From Kudoa neothunni (Eukaryota; Animalia; Cnidaria): 64,000 nt of DNA. The notes under the pieces were generated by a model that did no database searches, had not been told where the DNA came from, and was given only the letters and a program-made list of their open reading frames with translations. The DNA is taken from the NCBI GenBank assembly GCA_964304625.1, contig OZ199839.1:7773166-7837165 (forward strand), in the 5' to 3' direction. Position 1 is the first letter of the stretch. Every line of letters begins with the position of its first letter. Position numbers and translations under genes: made by a program. Below are positions 27,644 to 40,414 of this stretch, piece after piece.

Positions 27644-30600
27644 TTTTAGGTATTACTGACTCGTCAAACTAACGAAGATTTATTTAAATATTATTTTGTA
27701 GTATACTGAGGTAATTTTGAATTCCACGTAATTAGTTTGTAAACAATTTTAATAATTATCTCATCGATTTAATACTATTAAATCGATCGAAAACCACTCC
27801 ATCTGCTTAATTTAGTTGTTGTAGGTTTAAAGAGTTATCTAAATTGTTAATAAACAAATTGATAAATTCAATCTAATAAAATTTTCTCCATAATCACCAC
27901 TAAATATTCAGTTATACTTTACAAACTCGTTTATCTCACTAAACTCATGTGGATTAAATTTTTAAAAATGATATTTTAAATAATAATTTCATTGTGGATC
28001 TGATAAATCAAGAAAATAAAAAAATTCTCCAATCATCCTGAAATGTGACTCATCACGTTCAAAATATAATAGTATTAGACAGTGCTGGTGCAAGCGTTAT
28101 TTGCACCAAATAAAATCATTTACTACCCTTTTATTGATGCTGTACAAATATATTTCGATGGTTTTTGATCACTTTGAACAATAGTTTCCCATCAAATAAT
28201 TGTTAAACTTTGATGGCAATATTAATCCAATATATTCGAGATCAAACTGATCAAAGTAATATCTTTCATAATATCATTCGGGTGTTATTGGTGGTGATTA
28301 TCTATTTTAGAAACAATAGTTAGAAGGCGGCTGTGCAATTTTCTTATCTCAACAGATAACAGAACAATGTTGCATCCCTTTTTTATATTTGATGCTTTCA
28401 ATTGTAACTAGTAAGCAAACAATTCTTTACGATAACATCACATATCTATGACTTTATGACTCTTTGACTATTTATTTCATTTGTGCTAAATATTTGTCAT
28501 TTATTTTGGTGGTTAAAGTTTATATAGTATCTATTTTTTAACCAGATTATAAAATTGTTTGATAATTACAGCCATTATCTTTTTTAACTTTTGATAGGTC
28601 ATTTTCTATATTTAATTTTTGGTGAAATTTGATAATATATTCCATTGTGAACTAAACACAAATTGTAGTTTACAGCAATGCATATTTTTAGCCATGAGCC
28701 CATATTTGTCATTTTTTAATCTTTACTCATTATGGAAACTTGTTGACTTTCATGGTGGGGTAAAAACTTACATTTCTTAAAAAATAAGGCGTTAAAAGTA
28801 TTATTGAGCAGTTCTTATAACAAATCAATTAAAAAATATGCAAATAATTAGATAATTAACTATATCCTTAACGTATTATTTTATTTTCAACATATTTACC
28901 GCATTTTCTTTGTAAGTACTTTGGAAATTCGAATAAACCATCAATAGCTGAAGTATTTGATAGTCAATCGAATAAAAGATAATTACATCGTTCATTTTCT
29001 ATGAAACCAATGAAATAATTTAATCGCCAAAAAATTAATATTAAACGCTTATGAGCAAAAATAACAAAGTTTACTTTGTTATACATTAAAGTTAATAAAT
29101 TATAAAAACGAAAGTGGGTAAAACCAAGGTCGATGACTGATAACTGTTCTTACTTTTTACTATTTATGGATTACTGTGCTACATTGCCTATATTGAATAC
29201 TTTGTAAATATGGTGGATGTAAAAAGTCGTCATTATTATTGGAATCTCGTTTAAGACGTACAAAAATCTACGGAGAGATCAATCTACAAGGTATACTATT
29301 AAAAATTTGGCCTTTAAATTTAAATGTAGATTCCTTTAATATGTAGTCGAAATGGTTAAGATATCAATAGGGACTTATTGTAAAAGCTAACTATGGGAAC
29401 TAGAATGAATATAATTCATTGAATAAGCATAAATATGTAGCCTTAATCCAAGAAACGTCATTTGTACATAATACGTAAAAATCTTATTTAAGCATACGAC
29501 TAAATGAATTCTGTTGCAGTATTTCTTTGAATTAGTATGTTTGTTAAAAGTTTATAATGAAATTTTTAACTTTTAATACTCCAAAAAGAAGATTATTTAA
29601 CTCTATCTCAATATAATGTTCTAACCATATAAATTACTCCTTGCTAATTTATGGTTCAAATATTGTTTTAACATCTAATTATACACGTTAACATTTAATT
29701 AGTCATCAGATATTTACTCAAGGCTCAAATTATCATTTTTCCACGTTTTTATTGATTTGTATATAAATTTTCATTATTTATTCAAATAAAATACCTTACA
29801 AGATTGGTTTTAATTTTAATTTATTTTATAATTAACACTGTACATCAAATTCAATTTGGTCGCTAACTATGAAAAACGATTTTCAACCTAGTATTCTAAT
29901 GAGAATAAGTTCTAAAGTAAAAATATTCCAAAGTCAACCTTTGAAGTTTTTACAGACCAACTTCACTCCTGATTAATAATGTGATTCTATTGTTAAATTT
30001 TAAATTATAGTATTATTTATAAGAGAAATAGTTAGAAAATACAAATTTATAAATGAGATATCAGCCCATTTATTATATATTTATTATTATGTTATCTTAA
30101 CGATGGCAGGAAAAACAAGAATTTGATTACTGACAAGGTTCAACTGATGGAAATATCATCGAGAGTAGAGTAATGCTACAAATACTAGCTAGTTATGAGT
30201 AAACCAGAGATTATAAGAACGATTTAATCACTGGGGACTAAACTTTGACGATGACCGGAATACCCTAGCGCAGTTGTTCTTAACCTTTCTTTTCTAGCGG
30301 ACCCCTAATGTGTTTAAAGAATTTAACACGGACCTTACCTTGTTTCAACCTTCTAGGTAACAATTAATCAGGCCCCTCGGAGTATAACTGGGGTCCATTT
30401 GGACCAAGAGTTTTTTCGTAATTTTGTTTAATAACAGTGGTTTCTATCAATCTACAAAATTATAATTTTAAGAAATATTTTTTGTTGTTAATAAATTTTC
30501 GTTTTATTTTTTCTAACGCATGCGCCCACATGCGATGTTCCCATATAAACTGGACGAATGATTATTTTAAAATGACTGATGTTGGAATTCGTTAGTAACT

Positions 30601-31059
30601 TCACAAACACATAATATAGATGGTGGATATATTAAAGGAAAAATTCTAAGTCATATTTTGCCGGCTTACATTTTATATATTGTCTAAAAGAAACCAAATT
30701 GCTCATCACGACATATATTTTCTCAGTGGTTATAATTTTTGATCGCCACGTTAACCTAAATGTTCCATATTTATCTAATTGGGGAAAGTTATCGTTTAGC
30801 TGTCCTTCCTCTGAAGTTTCTGCATTATCAAAGTGGAGCGCTCTAGTTAGACGCTTGAATTTGTGCGAGGAAAAAAGATCTTTGTATATCCTCCTCAGGG
30901 TTACCAGAGTCGTAACAACACATCGAAACCAGTTGATAAGTTTTAAGGTCAACGAGTTTTGAGATAGAATTATCATAAATGCGTGCCACGAATAAACTAA
31001 TGTGTTAGAGGACAGCGCGAAATATCCACTAATATCTCTCAAATAGCTCTAAACGTTTA

Positions 31060-32246
31060 AATGATTATGACGAATTACAAATTTTATTTAGCATCGAGCA
31101 TCAGAAGGTATTGTAACTCTCCTGCAAGAGATGGTTATCTCTCGGGCATAGTTTTATCAAAATGTTGGAAGAATGGACGGTTCTTGCAACGTTTGTCTAA
31201 GTTGGAACATCAGAAAACAGTGCCGAACTCGCATCAAGAATATTTTCACTCTCTTTAAAACCATGAATAAAATGTAATATGCTTTTTTAGCTTTTATCAT
31301 ACCCATAGTGAATGAACTCAACGTTGAATTACCAGGTGAGAGTTTAAAGTAAACCTTATTTATTTGTTGAGAAGAAATCTGATCAAAAAATAACACCTTC
31401 TGGAGTATCAGTTTTAAAGACCTATCCAATAATACTCCTTTGGATTATTTGGATTAGTTTTATTATGAGCCGAAATTAGAATCTATTTAGAATGAAACTG
31501 CTCCCTTTCCTACCAAAACCCTGGATTTCAATTGGCTACTTTCGAAACAAACATTTCAAAAGTCATCTACCATTGCCAAGTTTATGAATTTACAAATTAT
31601 TTGAAGCATTTCATCCTGCAAATGTCAATGAAGGAAAACCCCATTCCATTATACCCTTCTAAGGAGATTTCCAAATATTGTTGTTGAGGATGAACATTTA
31701 AATTTGGATATTGAATAAATAGAACATGACCTGAAGAATAATGGCCAATAGTTGAAAAAGACCTAGAAAAATTTTGGTATGTGGTCTCGATTGAAAGAAG
31801 TGGAGAAGTATTTGAGTATCCATTACTGTCAAAATTAATGTTGTTTTTAATTGCTTTTCTCCATTCATCCAGATCTTCAGAGAGATTATCTTTATTAGTG
31901 AATAACATCAAAGTTAAAAAAACAGAGCTTTATTGGAAACTGAGACAATAAATGCTCTTCTATATTCTGGATGTTTATTGAGAGATGCCAGTTAGTTGAG
32001 ATGGAATCTATCTGATCAGTTAACTAAAATGATGGAAAATATAAACCTATATGAGGAAGGTGATGATAATAAATTAACATTTTAATAAATAAATAGATCC
32101 TATCGATAATTTTTTCTGTTTAGATTAGTTTTATGTTGCTAGAACTTTATTTTTTGTACCATTTTTAAAATATGATACCTTTTTAATAATTTGAGCGGGA
32201 TTTTAAAATTTTTGGTACGATATATAAAACTCATCTGGCAACCCTG
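31060..32246 (+). mobile_element. Nested DNA-transposon remnant with a CAGGGTTGCCA-type end
   Basis: Ends with CATCTGGCAACCCTG (32232-32246), related to the TIR of 37770-38925. A degenerate SSRSSERLSL...KNRALLETETINALL stretch near 31865-31960 resembles the hAT dimerization domain. The left boundary is approximate. Confidence 0.5.
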
Positions 32247-33266
32247 ATCCTCCTACCTTTATTACAACTAAACATTTCATTAACATCAAAATCTTTTCAT
32301 TTATTACCGTAATGGTTGTTACTGCACTGATTCTTACATTTAATTATTTGTTCCACTATTCCCATTGGAAAGAAATAATGAAAACATCCTGCAATACTCA
32401 AGATCCTTTGTGTGCCCTACATAGTCACATTTTGAATAAAATTCATGTTATTTTCTGTCGTTACCTTGGTTTGATTGCATTCGATAAATTGTTGTTTTTG
32501 TCTACAAGCGAATCGTCATTTTCATCATCCTCATCGTTGACAGTCTCCTTAAATCTATTCCTCTAAAGTAGTAATGGGCACAACTTTTAGGGGGTGCGGA
32601 CCATATTGGCGCATTACAGAAGCTTGGTAAGCCGTAATGTTGACTACGCGTTTTTTTGGGAACATAAATACCGGTTGGTGGGTTTTCTAACATTTTTAGT
32701 ACAATAAAAAAATTAAGTATGTAAACTAATTTAAAAACGCTTCCAATTAGATTAAATTAATAAGAAATTAAATATATTTTTTTTTAAATGTAGGAATTTT
32801 GTGATTGGTATACTATTGTAAGTTACGATTGAAATAATATGTTTTATTCTTAATAAATTTTAATATTAACTGAAGTCATGAAAAGTTAATATTACTCATT
32901 AAGTACACATGAAATATTTAAACAATAACTCTGATAGAATTATTTCATAGTTATTTTAAACTTGACATTTAATATAACATATCATACTTCAAAAGTGATC
33001 TAAGTCATGAACATGAATACAATCAAATTATTCAAATTAATTATATCATGATATTTCAGAGTAAATCAGATTTATTTTGACTCGAATATCACCAACAAAT
33101 AGAATTAATATTCTTAAAATTTATTACGAAATATGATTTAAATAACATAAAACTATAAAAATCGTAATTTTTTTAGGTATCAATGCAATATTCATATTTT
33201 TAAAGTTTTATAAAATGATTCTTTAGAATATAAATCCTCCCAAAAAATTATCAGAAATTATTTCTT

Positions 33267-34224
33267 TTAATTTCGCTTGATAATATCAAAGGATAAAAAA
33301 ATATTTATCTTTAGGCTTCGACTCATAATAGATCGGTGTTGTTTTTTATAACTTCCAAGGTATTTTAAGGTAGTATATTCTTCATTGTTATCGTTGATTT
33401 TCTCACTGAACTCCCCATGTTTCGTTTTGTGATGCCGATTCAAGTTATATTGCTTTAATACAGCAACTGATTGAGACAATGCAAACACACCATTTTTTCA
33501 TTTAATGAGTGAAGAGATATTTTTGAATCAGGCCAGTCATCACCAAAATTACAGTTTTTATCAATAATTTTACGCTCCGGGAGGACATCTATATTTAGTT
33601 GTGCAAACCTGTGTTGTCAAAAAAAGACGATTAATAAGAAAAGTTTGAGCGCGCTATCACTCGATAAACTTAAGAAGATAAATAGAAAATTATTTTTACA
33701 TTTAGCTGATATATTTGTATACTCCTCTATTATTAACATTTATGTTTAACAACCTAAGGATATCTAAGAATGATACAAATTGCATCAACTTTATACCTTT
33801 TTAAATATAGCAATAAATAATTTTTACGTCAATACGTCGTTTATAATGATTGATATGGGGATGATTCTTTTCTAGTTGGATTTCTAATTTAGGTATGAGT
33901 ATCGCAGGTTCATGGTTTTTACTATCAAGTTATTTTTAGATTATTTTAGTTGTAAATTAAATCCCACGTACCAATTTTTCCCAAAATTGATAACCTGTTA
34001 TTTTGTTCAAAGCGCGTACTAGACCTTACCTTGACCACTGTTACATATGATAATAAAAAGTAGGTAAAATTTCATATCAGATAACTAAATCGAGGAAAAT
34101 TAAATTTAATAAATCCACCCTATCTAATAAAAGGTTATTTTCTAATTAATTATGGAGAAAACGCTGTCCCGGTGTTACAAAATTGTGAAAACGTATGTAT
34201 GCTCCCGCACTTTGCCCACCACTG
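33267..34224 (-). mobile_element. 5' fragment of a SPIN/GTF2IRD2-like hAT element
   Basis: VAVLKQYNLNRHHKTKH (BED-type zinc finger). TIR reverse complement CAGTGGTGGGCAAA ends at 34224 and is flanked by CTCTAGAG, a typical Charlie/SPIN target. Confidence 0.7.
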
Positions 34225-35004
34225 CTCTAGAGTAAACGTATTTATGAGAATAGAAGAAGTTTGGATCCTAATTATTATATAACGGCTGAGAAAACAGGAT
34301 AATAATCTCGCCTGGGGTCCAAATGGACTCCAGCTCAATTAGAGGGTTAAAGCATAATCCAATTATACATTTAAATATTTTATCCTTTTCGTCCCATTGT
34401 TCAATTTGGTGAACAGGCGAAAAAAGATTTTAAATTATTGTTGAATTTTTTATTTGAAAAATTGTAGATGCAAAAAATAATTGGGCACGCAAGGGTTAAT
34501 TTCAATCATTTATCTGATATCTCCAATTTTGTTAAAATATTTATTATGTAAATTAATCACGTAGTTATATTGTTTTAAAATATATATTAAATTTTTTTAA
34601 CCATTAAGATGTGAATCATTGTTGGTATTAAAACGAAAAATTTACAACTATGAAATCCTTACCAGTAATTTTTTTAGAAATTATTAAAATTCTATCAAAG
34701 TATATAAAATAATGCATAATATTTTTAAAATAAAATATTTTATGAAACTAGTTGAATTATTATATATATATTTGTTAATGTTTAAAAAATCCATAAAAAA
34801 ATTTCTAAGTGAAAAATGCTTTTATAATAATCGAAATATTTTCGCTATATAAAATCTCTGTTTTCGTTAATTATTGTTTTTATTAAAATAAAAAGAACAA
34901 AGAGGGAATTATTATATAACAGATTGCGAGATTAATGCATAGAATTATTTGTTATACAAATAATAGACATTAAAAGAATATTTCATATGAGTCTTGTGGT
35001 TGCC

Positions 35005-35433
35005 TTGTATCAATAGGTTCACCGAATTCTGACTAAGTATTGTATTTGAAGGAGAAACAAGCATATAAGCGCTTTCGTGACTTTGTTTTTATGGTAACCC
35101 AATTTTGCAATAATAGGCTGTTGTAAAAACAGTAATCATTCTAATCGCATAGTCTGTAACATGTAGAAATGATTTTTGGAATTTTTAGGTTTTATCAAAT
35201 AAATCACCGAACAACCTTTATTTTTATTGATTTTTTTTACAAAATACATGATAACACGAGGAAATTTTGTAATAAACATAAAATATTTATATGAAACAAT
35301 AACGTAAGGGTATATTTGAAATTTATAGTAAATACGATAATGTTAAAAATTGTCTAACTATAATGAATGTTTGATGATAAAATTGAATTTAGATTTTATT
35401 GAAATCACTCACGGACCCCAGGTTATGAACCGC
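35005..35433. repeat. hAT-derived MITE 3' portion, copy 1 (direct repeat with 39945-40414)
   Basis: Shared blocks TTTTTACAAAATAmATGATAACAC, CTAAyTATAATGAAT, TTTTATTGAAATCACTC and ACCCCAGGTTAwGAACCGC. Left boundary approximate. Confidence 0.7.
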
Positions 35434-36556
35434 AGGTTGCCGACCTCTGATCTAAATGTCTTTGTTGCGCTAATATCCGTTTTTACATTTTAAAACTAAA
35501 AAGAAAGAACAATATTTGAATAATATTTGTTTAAATTTCAATTATTTTCGGGTTCTTCAGAATGAAATAAAAAAAATATTTTTCATAAATATTTCCATTA
35601 CAAATACCTAAATATAAACATGTAAGTTGAATTTAAAAGATTCGTTTTGTATTGAGCCATAGTATATTATCGTTACACCCTTTGGAACCCCTAGTTTATT
35701 ATGTCCCACTCTTAACTATGGCCTGTAGTTTTCGATCACCGCGGGCTACAACCTCAACATTTATCCTCAGAAAACAATAAAGCGGTAAGGATATGGTTAT
35801 ATTAATCATTTCAAATTTTATAAAATTTAACTCTAAAATTTATTTGCTATTAATGTTACCAAAGATGGTAATTGAAGAAAAATGCACAAGTTAAATGCTT
35901 GATTCAATTCAACTTATTATTGAGACAGAAAATAAGTACATAACAATCATTTTAAACTGTAATCGTGAATACAATATAAATCAAACCATAATTTTCTTGT
36001 TAGACGTCGTTAAATTTTGTATCTCACGAATTTTGAAAAAAATTATTAGATAGATTGTTAAAAATTACAGGTAGAGATCAATATTCATTGGGTTTAAGTT
36101 CCCTCAAGATTATTTAAGGATTGAAGTTTCCTAGCATATGTGAACTGACCGGTAAACAACATAATCACTAAATATTTGTACATCAACCATGTATACAGAT
36201 TTTTGACAATATTTTAAGACAGAAATGAATTTTTTACAAAAAGATTATTGCAATCTTTTATTAGGTCTATTAAATAATCCAATTTATACGTGGAGTATTA
36301 TTTGATTGAAGTTTAACACAGTTATTACATTACACACAATGACAAGATCTGAGCTTACGATTATTGGAAAAATTACGTCATGTGACATCTGATTTAACAC
36401 GTAATTTTGATCCAGTTTGGCGCAAGTAAGTTCAATTGTAAGTGTATATAAATTATATAATGTGTAAAAATAACATCAATCTATTCGCTAATGGATTAAT
36501 AATTTTGTGACTTGATAAATATTAATAGTTGCATAAAATTTTTCATATGGTCGGTA

Positions 36557-39217
36557 TTAGTCAGGAGTTGGGCTTCCTTCACTTTGATTAGTTGACTGCA
36601 TATCTGCTTGATCGTCGATTTCAGACGTAGAATCATCAGTTTCCGATGCAGAATCATCAGCTTGTGAGACAGGTGTTGTGGTAGAAGTGGTTGTAGTAGT
36701 CTCTGTTGTAGTTGCTGGAGTAGTTGTAGGTTCGGGTAAAGTAACTTCATTTACTCCTTCAATGCAAATGTAACTGCAAAGGGTTTCACTTTCGAAGTTG
36801 TTAGAATTTCCACCAATTCCAGTATATGCAAATCGTTTACATGTCTTTTCTTTCTCATCATAATACCACCTTGGCAATGTGCTTGCTTCATTTCCATTAC
36901 CTGGTTCTTTTGGTTCGCTGCATACAGTTGGGATATCAGGCAAGGTATTAACTGTTTTATCATCGTTAACTTTGAACGATAAATTGTATAATTGTATGTA
37001 AAAACAGAAGGTTACTTGCAGGACAGGCACTAATACATTCTCCAACTGTATCGAAATAATTTTTGGTTGAGTCTGCTTCAATATCAACAGCCATCATTTG
37101 CATACAGAGATTATTTGTGGAATTGAAATAATATTTGGTTGTTATATGTCCTTCAGTTGTTGGTTGATATGGAGAAGATTTGCATCTTTCAATTGCTGAT
37201 TCATCGGCTAAGTTTATTTATTCAGCTTGTTTAATTAATTTATTTTTATTACTGTGACACGTTTTCTGGCACTGAGAAAATGAATTAAACACACCTCTTA
37301 AGTTTTCATTTTTATCAACAATCGCATGAACACAAGTGGACTTTTCACTGTCACGTACAATCTTGATTTCTGTTCCAGTAGCCGTATTTGAGGTTAAAAT
37401 AGCACCCACTTTGCAATCAACTTTGTTGGGTTTTTGGTGGTCTTTTTCAGTGGCTATACTCAAATAAAATATAATACACATGAAAAGATTACTAATGCAC
37501 ATGTCCTTGCAGGTAGTTTCATTTGGAAAAGAGTACTTGGGCTCATTACATCCCTTGTATTTATATGTTTGACAAGTTCCTGCAGAATTATCTGCGTTTC
37601 TTTTGAAATAATATTTATCCACGGGGGTTTTAGTGCAGACATTGAATGCGTCCGTTCCATCACTACTAAGATTATTAACCGGTGTCCCAGTATCTGTACA
37701 CACATCGACTCGACCAGCGTAATCATATTCAACTAAATTATCATAGAAATATACAATAAGGTGTAAGATCAGCGTTGCCAACCCAAATCGGACTTTCGGA
37801 AAATATTTTCTTTTAAAAAATCGAAAAAATCAGAACTTTTCGTAAAAACAGAATTATTATTCAATTATATGTATAAATGTTATGTTACTTTATAATTAAT
37901 ACAAAAAATTTCAATTTATGACATCATTTGGTCAATGTGTTGAAAAATTTACTCATTCGAACAAGATCACCTAATATAGAGCACAACATTCTATTTCTTC
38001 TGATATTTTCGGTTGTTTCCGAAATAAAAATGCTCATTCCAGAAAAGCGTTATCAGAGTTGGTTAAAGTAAATATGTGCTATATTTTAGACGGAATTAAA
38101 ATTATTTTGTCGATAAAAATTCTAAAAAAGGTGATTATTGATAAACTATCAAACTTTGTATTTGAGCTTGTTAAATTCCTTTAATTTCGAACAATTGTAT
38201 TACAGTCTTTAGTTTGATTTTTGAATAAAAGATAACAAATATACCTAGATGATGTTTTATTTTTATGTAAGACCATTCATTCATTAGTATTAACAAAAAT
38301 TAGTCAAATAGATGATATTTAGTTAAGTTTTAATTTATTTGAGTATTAACTAAAATTAGAATTTTTAGAGAATTGATAAAAAAACACTTGTAATGATAAC
38401 TTAGCATTAGATATCACCAAGATCCGAGTTTTTATTTAAATCCAAGCATCCAGATTTCGAACACAACAAACTCTTCGTGATAATTCCAAAATAGTTCATG
38501 CTTATTATATAAAGCTGTGACTTATCGATAATAATGATATAAAAATCCAAAATATTTGTCTTCACAGGAGTATAACATTTTAAAATGTGTTTATTTTCAT
38601 AAATTTTTGGTGTTTTTTAGCCTCGATTTTTGTATTAGGGGGACTTTAGGAATGATTTAAATTTTTAATTGTAACTTACCATTGGTGAAATTCTATTTCA
38701 GGCATTTTAATTTGAAATAAAGCAATGTTCCAAGCATAAAATTATCTATTCGAAGATTTCTCGTGATGAAATTGACGATTAAATTCAATTTTTTGTGAAT
38801 TTGCAATAACTTCCTCCTACCTTTGAAACATGTTTTTGAGATTGTTCAATCTTTCGAAGAGCGAGAGTAAAAATCGGATAATTTAGAGCTGATTTGTCCG
38901 AAATCGAACTTGGTTGGCAACACTGTGTAAGATTACACTCTTTGTTGCATTCTTCCAACGATTCAAAATTATTGAAGCTTTTGCCACCAGCTCCTTTGTA
39001 TAAAAAGCCTTTGCAAGTAGCCGTTGCTGTATCAACGTAATATCTGGTAGGATAGGATTTTAATACAATCCTATGATTTTTTGTAAGATCAAAGTCATAT
39101 TTTGTATCCGCTAAAATTCATAAAAGTAAGTATTTTTGTATTTGGATTACCAGTTATGTAACAAAAAGGTATGCAGGTTGAAACAATATAGATAAAGGTC
39201 TGTAAGTAAATCTTCAT
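36557..39217 (-). CDS. Secreted protein with five tandem Kunitz/BPTI-like domains, a Thr-rich linker and an acidic tail (6 exons, all introns phase 1)
   Basis: Signal-peptide exon MKIYLQTFIYIVSTCIPFCYIT (ATG 39217). One Kunitz domain per exon, e.g. RYYVDTATATCKGFLYKGAGGKSFNNFESLEEC and RWYYDEKEKTCKRFAYTGIGGNSNNFESETLCSYIC. Stop at 36559-36557. Confidence 0.88.
37770..38925. mobile_element. Non-autonomous TIR transposon (hAT/P-like, 8-bp TSD) inserted in intron 2 of the Kunitz gene
   Basis: TIRs CAGCGTTGCCAACC and GGTTGGCAACACTG. Perfect TSD TGTAAGAT at 37762-37769 and 38926-38933. Confidence 0.92.
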
Positions 39218-39508
39218 GTTTTTAGGTATCGAAACTTTCTACTCTATATGAAAGATTAGAAATATGTTGTATTATAAGTGAATAAGTTTATTTATAATTT
39301 TGGCAATTGTCGGTACGATTATAATATTAACAATGAATCGATTAAACCTATCGTTAGAATACATCAATAACAAAATGATGAGTGTTGGTCGTTGGTCATT
39401 CATATAATAACTAATGAACATCTAAATTACTACACTTTGTATTTATTTTAAATTTTTAGTAATAAGGGAAAATGTACGTTTAGATTTAAAATAAATTCTT
39501 GTGCTCTA

Positions 39509-39909
39509 TAGTCATATTTACGAAACTTGTCATCTCTATGACAGTTACCATCACTTATAAAATCACTAATATTGGCGACGTTTTCAATATTGTTTCCGCT
39601 CCATACCTTTTCTAGTTTTTGAAAAACTTTATTATTTGAGATTTCTCTTTTAATGTCCTAACTCAATTTTTATTTCAATCATCGATATCGCCACTAATCG
39701 AAAACGAAAATCTCAACGCCCCTGAAAAGTTACGAAGCACACGTCACTACAAAATAATCCATAAACAACATAATTAATTAATTAATTTAAAAATATTTAA
39801 TTTATATTCTATATGATAAAATAAATGTTTTTAAATAACTTATTATAATATTATATGTACGTTAATTTTGTAACATTTTCTCAAGTTAGGAACTACACAT
39901 CATCCACTG
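39509..39909. mobile_element. Tc1/mariner-type MITE, copy 2 (5'-truncated), about 300 bp upstream of the Kunitz ATG
   Basis: Homologous to 19005-19366; ends CCACTG|TA. Confidence 0.65.
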
Positions 39910-39944
39910 TATAATAAACATTTAAGATGATTTTTCCTTTCGTT

Positions 39945-40414
39945 TTATCAACAGATTCGGGGAAATTTGACAAAGCATTTAGAAAAGTAACACGCATAGA
40001 ATCGGATTCGTGACTGTTTTTATAGCAACCAGCTTGGAAAATCTAGATGGTCAAAAATGAGTTGTTATAAACGGAAAAATCATTCTAATTAAACAATCTG
40101 CAATATTAGAAAATAAATTTGGGCAATTTATAATTTTTATCACATAACCTACTAGAAGACTCGATTTTATGTCCTTTTTACAAAATAAATGATAACACAA
40201 GAGGATTTTGTGACAAATATGAAGTATTTATAAGAAACAAGAATGCTAGAATATATTTTATTTTGTTGATAATTACACTAATATTATAAATCCCTAATTA
40301 TAATGAATACATATTGATAAAATTAGATTCAAATTTTATTGAAATCACTCAATGACTCCCTTGAATTCTTCCAAGACCCCTGGGGGTCCCTGTACCCCAG
40401 GTTAAGAACCGCTT
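39945..40414. repeat. hAT-derived MITE 3' portion, copy 2
   Basis: Homologous to 35005-35433. Ends ACCCCAGGTTAAGAACCGCTT and is followed by CCCTAGGG. Confidence 0.7.

Larger units (their letters stand above)
30374..34346 (-). mobile_element. Decayed piggyBac element carrying nested insertions
   Basis: Inverted ends CCCTC...CTGGGGTCCATTTGGACC (30374-30404) and GGTCCAAATGGACTCCAG...GAGGG|TTAA (34316-34350). Transposase remnants FKRLTRALHFDN and SFRQYIKCKPAKY in ORF 30632-31042. Confidence 0.75.

Noticed and set aside
37218-37781. 187-aa ORF with an apparently hydrophobic N-terminus, read as a stand-alone Kunitz gene
   Set aside because: Its start lies in the transposon TIR and intron, and it reads through an in-frame intron. 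The true signal-peptide exon is at 39217.
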